Source of the DNA: Balanoglossus misakiensis
Taxonomy: Eukaryota > Animalia > Hemichordata
Direction: 5' to 3'
DNA: 57,641 bases
Assembly: GCA_040954595.2 (NCBI GenBank)
Contig: CM082585.2
Span: 11,673,079-11,730,719 of the forward strand
The position numbers were made by a program, and so were the translations under genes. Shown here piece by piece: positions 1 to 13,200 of the stretch. The notes under the pieces were generated by a model that did no database searches, was not told where the DNA came from, and worked only from the letters and a program-made list of their open reading frames with translations. Each line of letters opens with the position of its first letter. The first letter of the stretch is position 1.

Positions 1-88
1 AATCAGAGACAACTACAGTGATAACATCTCTGTAATCAACCAATCAGACATCACAATTCACTTGCAACATTCCTCTTTTATTTATAGC

Positions 89-3000
89 CAAAAGGTATTG
101 ACCACTCAGAGATCATTTATGCATTTCAACTGTGGGTTGCCTGTGTCTCCTGCATGATGTATCCACTTCCCATCAATCAAGGAACCCTCGTCAGATTTCC
201 GATTTCAAGACATGAGGGTAAGTAGAAGTAGCACGACAAAAATCATCGCAATTAAAACCTCTCTCAACTTGCTGTGCAAAACCTCTTCTTGCCCAGTGAT
301 ACATTTATGTTATCTATAAACACATGTCAGCAAATATTTCACACTTTGATTTCTTCTTTTCTCCTTTCAGATCATTATGGTGAATTTTTGATTACACTGC
401 TTCCTCCTAGTGGTGACACATCCAGAATGCAATATTTTCTTCTGCATCCGTATATTGCAAGAAAAGTGAAGATCACAGTGGCTGAGAAGCTTTCACCCCA
501 GTCTAAGCTTCCCTCAGTACCCAGCATGCCTTGCAGCAATGTTCGTCAGTTGGATCCGCCTATAGTGGGAGCCAGAATAAGAGATTTAGGGTAAGGAGGC
601 CATCTTTTATGAAATATATTGAATTTGTAGATAAGATAAAAAAGATCTAATTCTGTTTCCTTTCTCGTTTTAATTGTAGCGGTGTGAACACTCCCAGCCA
701 GACAGCACTTGACCATCTCAAGGTCAGCCTAGGAATCCGTCCACTGGCGAATTTTATCTGCAAGCAAACAAGAGGCCTATTCAATGGAGGCTTACTCATC
801 CATGGTGCTAAAGGTGTCGGTAAATCCACTCTGGCGAGGGCACTGTCTAGAGAAGTCAGTGAATGGCCTTATCTGTGCTTCACCACTATCATTCAATGCA
901 AACAACTCAAAGGTAGCTCTACGAATTGTTATATACTTTTGTGTTGAACTTTGCCACAAACTGCAAATTTTCAGGCTGAATATGTTATTGATATACTAGG
1001 AATAAAAAGATACCACTTCTAAACTAAAATAGAATAATCCTTCTCAGATACTTCAGTCATGAGTGTCTATGTCATATTTCATTTTCTCTTCAAGGCAAGA
1101 GAGTAGAGAATATTCGGAAGTTATGGGATGAGGCCTTCCAGGAAGCATTTTGGAGACAGCCATCTGTGATCGTATTGGACGATTTGGATCATGTGACCAG
1201 TTCTCCGCTAGGCCCCGAACAGGAACTAGGTCCAGAGGCTGTCTACAACACTAGGGTTGCTCAAAGTATGTACTTTTTCAAATCCAGATCCAGTAACTAT
1301 TGAAAAAGTCAAAGTTTTAGCCGATGTTTTGTGAGTCTCAAAGGAACCACTGGTAATTCATATCTTGATTATCTCTTTCTTATGACAGCCCTGAAGGACA
1401 TCATCTTGTCATCACTGTCAGCCAATCATCAAGTGGCTCTCATAGCAACCAGCAAATCACAGAAGACCATCCATCCATCACTGGTGGCAACAAGAGGGAC
1501 TCACATCTTCCAAAATATCATCGAGCTTACTCCACCAAGTGCAGTGAGTAATACAGCCACTTTTGTTCTTCACCTGACCCCTGACCTTTTAATGTTTGCA
1601 GTAAAGAGTACACAGACTGTCTGAACAAAGAAGAGTGCTTTTTTAATTGCAGGCGGAAAGAAAGGAAATCTTCAAATCTGTGATCGAGTCAAAGACAGAG
1701 GTGGACATGAGAAGCATCAACTCCATGAATTTGGAAAGTATTGCATCCAAAACAGAAGGCTATGTTGCGAGGGACATTGTGATGGTTGTCGAGCGGGCCA
1801 TACATGCAGCCAGTAGAAGGGAGCTGTGTGAAAACCTGTGTGTTGCCCTGGAAACAGAAGGTGTGATATGCATTTTGTTGTTGCATTTTTAGTGGCATTA
1901 TCATGTGTACAGTTGATGTTATTATTTTCTCGCAATATTTTGTCTTTCAGAAGGGACGGGCGAGATTCTTTTGACAGACACTGACTTCCATGCAGCACTG
2001 GATAATTTCACTCCATTGTCATTGCTGAATGTACCACTGCATAGTGCCGGAAAACTTGGTTGGCAGGACGTCGGAGGGCTGACAGAGGTGAAAAGAACAC
2101 TGATAGAAACACTAGAACTACCAGCCAAGGTGAGCTTGTTAAATTCTTGTCTTGTTTTATTTTCTCACAAGTGAGGCACAATAATGTGAGTATAATGATT
2201 CTATTTTGTTACTCTCCACTACAGTACCCAGCATTATTTAGTAATTGCCCACTGAGACTCAGATCTGGACTTCTGTTGTACGGGGCGCCAGGAACAGGGA
2301 AAACTCTTCTTGCAGGCATTGTGGCAAAGGAATGTGGTTTACGTTTCATCAGTATAAAGGTATGTTTGGGAAACAGTGAATATTTATACAATCTGATCAT
2401 CCAATTCTTTTGCATTTTTAGATTTTCTATAACTCTGCTAATAATTGGTCTTTTGCATTCATTGATAGGTAGGTACCCTGTAATTGTTATGTGGCAGGAA
2501 ACTTTTATTGGTCATCTGTTTTTTCATTCATAACACTTTGTTTTGCAGGGACCTGAGTTGCTGAGTAAGTACATAGGTGCCAGTGAGCAAGCAGTTAGAG
2601 ATATGTTTACCAGAGCCCAGAGTGCTAAACCATGTATTCTGTTCTTTGATGAGTTTGACTCCCTGGCTCCAAGGTAAGACTTAATTAAATTGACCCCCTA
2701 GGTTCATAGAAGGTATAAATGTGACTCCCTAGCATCCAAAGTTAGTGTTTGATTTCCCAATGTCACCTTGAAATCAGTAATCAGACTTCTCATCTCCAGA
2801 GCAAATATCATATTCCAATGCTCTGTCATTTACATACCCTATTTGTTTTGCCATTGAAGGAGAGGTCACGATAGTACAGGGGTCACAGACAGAGTGGTCA
2901 ATCAACTTTTGACCCAACTTGACGGTGTGGAGTCGCTGGATGGTGAGTAGAACAACACACTCTGTGCCCAATTATCCATAAAATAAAGGAATAAAGGAAT

Positions 3001-4366
3001 CATGAATTACAACTTTCAAGAAGTTGAAGTCAAGTTGTTAATTGTGTTTTACTCCTCAGGGGTGTATGTCTTGGCTGCCACAAGTCGACCTGATTTGATT
3101 GACCCTGCTTTGCTCAGACCTGGCAGACTTGATAAATGTCTGTACTGCCCTCTACCAGGCAAGGTGAGAAAGATTTCTCTCCCAATAGTTTATCATTATG
3201 GTATTTGCCATTTGTATTAGCTTGCATCAGTTCTTATTTATATGGGAGCATTTAGTGTTATCAGGATTGTTTCACTATTTTATCACAGGAAGAAAGACTG
3301 GAAATTCTGCAAGCTCTCTCAAGAAAAATGCATCTGGACGAAGATGTGCAGTTGGAAACCTTAGCAGAAAAGTGTGAAGGTTTCACTGGGGCTGATTTCA
3401 AGGCATTGTTGTACAATGCACAGCTTGAAGCAATTCATAAAGTGATCGGGTATGAAAACTATGACGTGAACGGCCATCAGGATGCAGATCAGGACTTGGA
3501 GATGATTGAGGTCGCGAGGAAGATCGAAGCTAATGATTGGCAGCTGACTTTTATGGAAGCAAATGGGGAGAATGGATTCACCTCGCTTGAGAAATGTTCC
3601 GAGGAGCGACAGTCGTTCATCAAACAGATGAAGGAATCCATGCAGAAACACGCCGTGCAACAACAACAACAACAACAACAACAACCACTTACCGGCACCC
3701 AGATTGGTGATGAAGCAAATGCTGCTGCAAGTGATGAGGATGAAACCGACTCTAAACTTGAGGAAATGCCGTTCAACGACCTGCAGAAAGTCACTTACAT
3801 GCCGACAGTCCGAGATGGGATTTTAGATGTAGAGCATGATGTACCAAGCAAAGTCATTGAAGAGGTTAATATCATCAGGGAAAATTACTATCATCAACAA
3901 CACAGACTACATGAGGTGAGACCATTTGATGTTTCATCAAATGTTCATTTGTCTCCGATCTGCATATTTAAAGTCACAGCCAGAAACATTTCACTAATAA
4001 TAATGATATAGACCCGTCTAATCAGTAGTTATGTCTATTTTAAAATATGCAGATTGATCCCGGAAAGACCGACACCAAGAGAAAGAGAAATGCCATAAAA
4101 ATTAGTCAAGAATATTTGATGAATGCTGCCATGGTGATGAGACCTTCAGTGTCACCAAGGGAACAAGTGAAATACCAGATGATGTAAGTAAACAATTTTT
4201 TTTATCTGGTTCCTATTTCATTGTCAATCTCCGCTTGACTTCAATTCATCTTGAACTGTGTTATTGTTGTTATTTTGTTTCCAGTTATGGTAATTTTGTC
4301 AAGTCCAGAGGAGGTGACTTTGGTCTGTCAGAATCTACTGGAGAAAAACGAACAACCCTTGCTTAG
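89..4366 (+). CDS. PEX1: Peroxisomal AAA+ ATPase PEX1, multi-exon, 5' end outside the window
   Basis: Spliced GT-AG exons give a degenerate D1 (GAKGVGKST; LDDLD) and an active D2 ([59 protein letters not shown]). The C-terminus GEKRTTLA* (TAG 4364-4366) resembles the vertebrate PEX1 end. Confidence 0.95.
3658..3684 (+). repeat. (CAA)9 coding microsatellite giving poly-Gln in a long PEX1 exon
   Basis: The caacaacaa run lies in the in-frame ORF 3328-4011. Confidence 0.9.
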
Positions 4367-4898
4367 GATCTGATAAATACTTTGAAGTGAACACACTGAT
4401 CTGTCACTGAAGGATCATTCTTTGAGGGATTAAGGGAGCTATGCATTTCATCACACGTTTGATAGTTGAACAGTTTCTTTATTAGGCCAACTTTGACAAA
4501 CAGCATAAAAAGTTTGATAAAACATTGAATATTCATTTGAAAGAGATCAAAATTATATGTATTCACATTTCTTCACAGTAAAACTGCACTGTTTAAAGAC
4601 TCATAATTAAAAGATTTTTTTCTTTGGGCAGCAATCGATGTAAAATCATTTACATGTTAGAAATTGTAAAGAAAAATCTACAGGAAGTTTTGTTGAGGAA
4701 GTTCTTTCTGTGACTGGCATTTTTTATATTCGAATGAATCAAACTGTCTTGCTAGCTGCTTTGCCAATACATGTATGTCCTTTCCTCAAAGGTGCAATAT
4801 TTTCTACTGATTTGTAAGAAACTGTATTTTCTATTTCCTAGGGAATAATTTTGCAATAAAAAAGGAAAAATTCATGATACTAGTAAAATGTTTTTGTA

Positions 4899-6517
4899 TT
4901 ATTTTTGTTTTGCTGCCTTTCTTTTCTTCTTCTGCCTCTGACGTTTCTCATTTGGAATATTTTTCATTTGTTTCACGTTCAGTTCTTGATACTCTATTTT
5001 TCCTTTTGCAGGCTTTTTCTTCTTCTTTTTCTTTTCTTTAACTTCTGGTTCAGCTTTCCGTTTCTTTGTTTTCCTTTCTTTTAGTCGTGTTTCAGTTTTC
5101 TGTTTCTTCTTTTTCTTTTCTTTTATTTGTGGTTCAAGTTTCTGTCTCTTAGCAGGAGGCTCCAAATCTTCTGTTGTGTCCAAGATGACATAAGAGTCTC
5201 TACTTGATTTGTCCAAACCAGTTTCATCCAGTCCAGTCTGGTTCTCACTCACATCAGACTGGCAAACTCCACTCTGTATTGAGTCACCATGCTGGAGCTT
5301 CACATTGGCCTTGTGGGTCGCTATTTTCTGAGTCAGCACCTCACGGTGTTTCAACCATGGCACTGTTAATGGCGGCGCTTTTGCAACAACAAACTTCACA
5401 AGATCATCAAACGCAGGGTTATCATCTTCACCACAGTGCTGAAAACAAAATATGATTTTTTTAAATGATAATATAATTCATGTCCTACGGTTATGGCAAA
5501 AAAATCAACCTCAAAATCAACCACGACCACGTCACTTTAAAAAGAAAAACACTACCTTGAATCCAATGGCTAGCAAAGAAGTGAACCCAAGAATGGGTGC
5601 CAAGGTGTTGCTAAGCGATGATACACACAGAGCTGGTGTCTGCCGTGACACGCACAGTGGGATCAGGTGAGTAGTTAATAATTCTGGTTTGACTGATTTG
5701 CAAACCATGACCAATCTCAGCTGACTTCTCTCCAAACCTTTGGTGACTTCGTTGATGCCATATAGGAGCTGGGATCTGAAAGAGTTGTTGAAGTATGTTC
5801 TTGGGTACAATGAGACAAAAGTAACAGAAAGGCAAAGGAGCAAAAATAATTAAATAGACTACAGAACATTGGGTGAATCTCCATTCTTTTCAGTGATGGG
5901 CTAAACCACTACACAAGATTCATACCTTAACTTTGATGCTTCAATCTTTTTCTTTGCACTCTCTGGGTCATTTTCAGCTTTTTCTTCTAATTTCCTGTTT
6001 TCTGTTCTCTTTCTGTTGACTGATTTTCGTTTCTTGAGACGAGACTCCAATGGCTGGAAAACACTACGAGAGAAAAATCAAAACATTTGTTGAATTGACA
6101 CAAACGAAATAATTTTAGTCCAACATGGCTTGGCCAATTTAGAGCTGAATATTTTAAATTTAAACAATGTTTAGGTGACAATGTCTTACCTTTGAATTTC
6201 TTGCAATATTAAAGCTGTATCACCTCCTTGCAATCTGGGCCTGCAATAAATTAAAGTTAAACCATAGATACTCTACAATAGCATGCGCCTGTATGTTCAT
6301 GTACATGTGATTTTACAAGACCATGATGGGATGATTGGATTATTTTTGGGGGAAAGAGTCTGACAATAACATGTATGTTTATGTACCGGTATTATGCATG
6401 CAATACACACACACACGTGCACACACATACAAACATAGAACCTTACCACGAAATCTTATATGGCGAGTCTATTGAGTTTTTGACAGTGAACTTGTCTCCC
6501 TGCTTTTCGTTACCCAT
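4899..6517 (-). CDS. RPP38: Ribonuclease P/MRP subunit p38 (L7Ae domain, Lys-rich C-terminus)
   Basis: Exons ~6517-6447, ~6241-6191, ~6054-5926, ~5777-5556 and ~5438-4899. N-terminus FTVKNSIDSPYKISW; L7Ae core QLLYGINEVTKGLER...LVMVCKSVKPELLTTHLIPL...LLAIGFK. Start codon is tentative. Confidence 0.85.
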
Positions 6518-6789
6518 GCCTATGACATATGGAACAGCGACTAGGACCAGATCTTCTTTCTAGCCTCGCATATCAGGCACGTTTATCGTTGTGAAGCTTG
6601 TATCATGTGATCACTGTCCCCTCGTAACCTTTGACCTGAAATCAGGTGACTTTAGAAGTCGTTCCCGCGTGCTGGTCAAAACACTCAAAGGTCAAGTATG
6701 AAGTTTTCAGGGTGACAGTTGTTTTTATTGAAAGAGCTGTTGTTGTAGGTCGTTCTTATTGGAGATTTTGACTCCTTATTCTACCAAAG

Positions 6790-9523
6790 ATGCCAAAAGC
6801 TGCCAGAAAAGCTTCCGAAAAGGAGCGAAATCAATGGGTTATAGTTTTACCAGGTGAGTCTATGATATGAACACCATGTCGATTTTTGGTTAGCTGCCCT
6901 CTCGAGCTGCTGATGAACTCAGTGCCTGGGCTTCACTGTCAATATTTTATTTTATCAAAATGTCACTGTTCAGATTTGAATTTGTGTGTTCTAGTCCATT
7001 GATGTCGTCGTGACACAGATAAATATTTTATTTTCAGAATCTGAAATCAGTGATATAAAACCCAATGACCAGGAACCAAACTTTGTCAAGTTAAGACATC
7101 CCAAGACAGGTGTGTAATAAATTATTGTGTAATAAATGAATGAAATAGAATGAATGTATAAATCTGGTTATCTTTCTTTGGTTAAAACCTTTCACACACA
7201 CATTACCTTTGGGTTGCTTTTCCTCCCCAGACCAAGGTGCTATGTTTATGTTCAGTAGCAACAATACCAAAGTGTTAGAAGTTCTACGCTTTGAAGACGA
7301 GTACAGATCATGGTTTATTGGTCAGACAGTGCAAGAAGGTGAGTTGTCATTTCTGATCAAAATTCAATCAATCAGATCTACAGTACAAATAAATCCATCC
7401 CAATAAAATACTATCTTGAAATCTGCTTAATAAATTTATTCTTGTTTTTTTCAGATGGAAGCTTATATATTACAACACCAATTGATCCTCTTTTCTTAAC
7501 ACTGCCATATCTCATGAGAGCTGATCAGGTATGTTCGCTATGAAAAATCATACATTTTTCAATTCACCTCTTATTAATCAATATTAACCTGAAAATAACT
7601 TGTGAATATACAAATGTAGATTTTTAGAAAAGGACTCTGACATACCTCTGAACATTCATCCAAATCATCATCATTTCTTATTTTATCTTGTCTTCCTTTG
7701 CAGAGTGGTATGTACATGACGTTGGATCAAATCTTATCCGATGGAGATTACCCACAGTGCACTAGGTTAAGTGAATGCAAAGGATTGGTTGATCTGACTT
7801 GTGTTGCAGACTGGAAAGGTGAATATATTGCCAAAATGGCTATAATTTATGACAGCATATATCATGTTTGAGAGTGAGACAGAGATGAGCCATTTATGTG
7901 TGGTCATCCTTTCTTTGCATTATTTTCTCCAAATTATCCTGTGTTTCTGATGTTGAGAACTTTTATAAACTTGATCTTCTATGCAACTGTACAGGCAGCG
8001 ACGACATAAAAGCTTACAGATACAGCAAAACCAAGACACTGGAATGGTTGAAAATGAAAGTTGAAAGAACGGCAGAAAAACTTAAAGGAAAGAAAATCCA
8101 CACTGGTGGTGGTTCCAAAGTAGAAACTTTTGTCAGAAGTAAAAAAGATGAAGCAACTAAAGGTAAAGTTAGCTTAGCTGGGGTATCCAATGTTCAAATG
8201 CTGAGAATTGGAAATTCACAAACTGCAATTCCACACCTGGCATGTTTGAGTGTAATACTGTATGATTAGATAATGTTGATGTTTATTGACGTTTTTATCC
8301 CTGGCAGATGACTACATACGTTATAGCTACGGTTTGATATCAGACTACATTAACCCTGATTTGAGTCAAGAATTGCATGCACACCTAGGGTAAGTCTTTT
8401 AACCAATCCTACTCTTTGACTCACAATGATCAAAACACCCATCAGAACTCGGTATTTGATCTGGTATAATGTTGTTATATGGTGAAAATTGTCATGTTGA
8501 AATGTCTTTAACTACCATATGACTCTCTTTTTTGAAATATTGCAGAATTCAAGAAATGGTTGAAGAATCCAAAACAAAATCAGAGGAACCACCAGCAAAG
8601 GTAAGAAAATGTTCAGTTGTCCCCAAATGTTTGTTGTGGTCCCCAAAAAGACAAATTTTTGTGACTTTCACAAGCTTTTTGTATGGTACTATGGCTATAT
8701 AGAGTTCTCGGGATTCCTAATCTTCATACACCCCTGGGAAATCTTGGCTTCCAAATTTTTAAGACTTTGAATGTGTAAAATTTTTCAGAAACCAAGACTT
8801 GCCAATGGAACAGAGCCAGAAGAAGACTACACCAAGTTTAACAGCGGGGGAAATAAAAAACAAGACAAGGTAATGCAAAAAATAATACAGCAGTTTATGT
8901 TCTGTTTACAAACAATTTGAGAGTAGAGTTAAAACAATCAGTGATTCCACAATACTACTATGATAATGAATGCCTTGTCACTTGAATATTATCATAGTAA
9001 GAGGTGAGAATGCCCCATCTTTTCTAGCCAAGGTATGTTTATTTCGGCATGTTGACCTCCCTGAAATCATACCTTGGCCTGAGGGCTGTAATTACTATGT
9101 TTCACAAGCATCATCACACGGTCATAAAAGAAGGCCTTTTTTAGAAGACAATCGCGTAATGTCTACCAACTGCGGCTGGTGCATGTGCACTTCACGGAAC
9201 CACACTTATGAAGATGGGGATGCGTATGAACTTAGAAGGTGAGCTTGAGGAACGTGACTAGTGGAACTGGAAGTTGAAAATCTTAGTGCTATCAGGGACT
9301 TTGTCTTGCAGAACTAACGAAAACTGTTTACCATGATTATATGTAACACTTGCTTTGATTTGTATTTTTTTTTAACAAAATGTGAGCACAGTGCCCACTG
9401 ACGCTATTTTTATCATTATAGGTGAAGCTGACAGCAGCACAGAAAGCACTGCAGAAGGTGGACAAGACTGGAATGAAGAGTATTGCTAGCTTCTTTTCAA
9501 AACCACCCAAGAAAACAAAATGA
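6790..9523 (+). CDS. RNASEH2B: Ribonuclease H2 subunit B
   Basis: Spliced exons: FVKLRHPKT, YRSWFIGQTVQEDGSLYITTPIDPLFLTLPYL, YRYSKTKTLEWLKMKVER, PEEDYTKFN, and the C-terminal PIP box KVDKTGMKSIASFF...*. Confidence 0.93.
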
Positions 9524-10281
9524 CTGAAAATCTGCATTTTGTTGTTTACATCAAATACTCTGGGATGTACCACAATCTGGGATTGTGGGGAAGCTGGACC
9601 CTTGGTCCTGGTCAAGAAATCTTCACGCCTGTGTTCCAATTCTGACTGTTTGATTCACTGAAATAGGATTTTAGCTTTTGTAACTGAAATAAGTTTATTC
9701 ACCTGGAAAAACTTCCTCTGAAATGAATATTAAATTTCCCTGGGAGAGGTCTCAGAAGTCTGAAAGGTGTACAATACTGCCAAAGCATTGGAAATGTGGA
9801 TTTATGTGTTTTCAAATATTAAGCTGTTTCATAAATATACACTGTCAACTTCAAGGAACTTTCAGAGAAATGTCTATTTTTCATAAGTATGTTGTATCCT
9901 GTTGATATAAATCCAGTTAACCTCATATGTAATTAACTGCCTTTACTTCAGAGTGATTGGGTGTTGTGCAAATATATATATATAGCAATACTTCTTTAAT
10001 ACACAGTGGTGTAATGGCCAACCTGGAGTGTGTAATTTACTGGCTTGGGTACAATAAAGAGACCTTTGATAGAAAATAGCCGTTACTGTACTTTATTTTT
10101 AAAATATACCAGGATTTTGAAGAAGAAAAGTTCCCCATAATGACTCTCAAAAATACAAATTCCATATGCATCCACATGTTTATAGAAACCATTTCCCATA
10201 GAAAGCTAAATTTGTAATTCATAGCCTGTTACTTAATATGTCATTGTGCGTTTAGCAATTACATTTGGCAATGACATTATC

Positions 10282-13200
10282 TTATAACTTGTTTCTGGCC
10301 TCGTTGAATGAGTTGATCTGATTATAGGGATATGGTTCTTCAACTTGACTTAGTTCATCGAGTAATATCATCTGAAAAAAGGACAAATAAGCATGATACA
10401 ATGTCTTAGTCGACAAAATGTAAGATGCCCTTATGAAAGTAACACCAAACTGTCGAAACGATGGAACCTGACCACACTTCACTCCATTAATGCCAACATC
10501 TACTGACACTTTTCTTAATGTGTATCTCATATATCGAGCGATGCAATTTTACCACCTCACCTGTTGATTTGTTAGTTCCCACCCACTAGCTGCACCCATG
10601 TTGTTGTCTAGTTGTTGTAACGTCTTTGCTCCAATGATGACAGAAGGAACGGTGTCTTTTTGTAGCAACCAGCGGATTGCAACTTCAGAGAGGGTTTTCC
10701 CTGTGTATTGTGATATTACACATTAAAATTAAATATATTTATACATTTCTGATGGACTTAAAACAGAGTTGGCCGCTTTTTCGTTTTAAAATTGACATGA
10801 TAACACAATACATGTGTAATGAAAATACAAATATCAGATATATAACAGGTAGATGTTTTAAACTCTGAAGAAAAATAACGTGATTGTCTCACCATGCTCA
10901 TTTCCAATTTTCTCCATTCCTGCCAGTAATTTGTAAACTTGTGGATTGCCTGAAAACTTAGAGTAGCTAGGGTGACTTTCTTTCTCATATGTTCTGTTTT
11001 CCTCGACATATGCGATCCTGCTTCCCGGTGGTGGCGCTTTGCCTTCTCTGATCTTACCGGTCAACCAACCACTGTCAACGTTGTGTAAGAGAAAATGTTA
11101 TAACAAAGAAATACATGTGTATATTTAAAACCAAATACTTGCAGAAATGCCGTTACTGGTTTCACTGTTCAGTAGTCTTTGACAGTTCCTCAATGTTTTC
11201 ACAAGTATGAGTGATCTCAAATGCCACTAGATTAGTCCATGGAATAGTGATTGGTGGGTATGACGAAACATTCATATTTCGAACCTTTTCAATGCACCCC
11301 ATGGCAGGGATCGCGTTAACGCAGAATTCCGCGTCCGGGACGCAAGCTTTTTTGCTGGGACGCGGGTTCACTTTGATGTCTGCGTCCGGGGAACCCCAGC
11401 TGAGCGCACACTGCAGTAATTAATGATCGTCTTGTAATTTTAATTTGTTTATTCAAAAACGCTTTTACGGCTTGCTAATCCAGAAGATTGACACTTGTAA
11501 ACAAAAACAAAGTGTGAAATAATCATTTGACTAAAGCATGTTAGAGTTTTCCTGACAACAAAAGAAAAACTGGCTTCGTTTTTTCTTTGGCAGGTCCGCC
11601 AATTGCCTTGTCAACAAGTTGTGAACGATGTGTCATTAATTAGGGGCCGATGTCGAGAGCGGGTGGTCGCGCGCGATCGCGGGACGTACCCATGCAGCCG
11701 GCCGGCTGCATCGAGCGGTGGACCCGATGTACCGCGCACGGTCAATCGAACGCGCGCGACCTTGTTTTCGACAGTTCAGCGGGTGTCTTTGTTGACTCTC
11801 TCGTTCTATGTGTTTGATTTCCGCAAAAAAGAGAAAATTTCTCGCTTTTGATTATGCTTTTTACAGCCTGTCTATCTTCATTGGTGTACATGTAATCCTT
11901 TCACCCATTTTCGCTTGAAAATCTTTGATTTATCCGACTCCATGTAGCTGGACTGGGTTAAATATGGGGGCAAAACTCGTCAACGATCAGAACACTCTGA
12001 CATCGATAGCTATGCATCGCTTCCTCACTGTGGTTCCCCGTATAAACACAGGGGGCTCTCCCTCCGCGATTTTATTGTTTGTTTGTTTGTTTGTTGTTGT
12101 TGTTGTTGTTATTGATTGGCAAAATCTTTTTCTCAAGCTATGTCAAACTTCAATGAACAGAAAGCCAGAAGGAAATTACTTTATAATAAAAAATGAAACG
12201 TTCATAGAAAATGAAAATAAATGTGGAAATACACTTAAATTGTGATGTTGACTTCGCCAGTAAGTGTGTGGCGAGTACGTATGTGTTATAATATATTGAA
12301 AAAATGGGGACCCACAAAAATATTTAGGGACCCCTGATATTCACAAGGAAGGGGTCCCAGGGACCCCAAGATTTTGAGGCCTAGCGCAATCCCTGCCCCA
12401 TGGGAACAAAGCTATGCCTTCATTTCTGCAGACATCCATGACTTCAAACTCTAATGTTCTACTCAACAAGCTGTATTGCGCCTGCATTCAAAGAAAATAT
12501 TACAAATGTAGCGTTAACGTTAGTTATGAGTCTAATTGCAGTACCTTATACATATACTAATTCACTTTGAAAAATGGGGGTCGTATACATGTACCTGGAG
12601 GCTTATAAATGGTTCGAGTCCCATTATCTTGCATTCGTAGACGATTTTTTGCATTTGCCATCCTGCTACATTACTGGCACCCAGATATCTGACTTTTCCA
12701 CTTCGGACCAGGTCATCCATCGTCCGTAGAGTTTCTTGGATTGGTGTTGCTTTGTCCCAGCAATGAATCTGATGAGAATTGTTGATATCGATCACAAATA
12801 CATCGCAATATTCGATGGTATGACCAACACGTCCAAAACATTTATAATACAACTCTACTGGAACTAGTTGAATCTCTGTGGTCGAACATAAAAAAAAAAT
12901 CAAAGTATGGCACCTTTTCACCATCGTTACAAGAAACCAATGATTATAATGTGCAGGTGCTGAAGATTTTTGCAACCCTACCTGGTAGAGATCAATGTAA
13001 TCTGTCTGTAGTCTTTTTAAACTTTGTTCCACACTCCAACGCATGTGTTTCCTTCCTAACCCCGCACCGTTGGGGTCACCTGGTTTTGTTATGTGCCAAC
13101 ATTTTGTTGCGACCACCATGTCTTCTCTGTTTTTTCTCCTCCGGAACAAACAAACAGTAAAAAAATTTGAAACATTTTTTCCCGACAAAATTTGTGACAG

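Noticed and set aside
8940-9330. RNase MRP/P RNA or telomerase RNA identity for the structured intron
   Set aside because: Only partial resemblance (AAAGTCCCT...GGGGCATTCTCA on the minus strand). P4 pairing is poor and there is no telomeric template.
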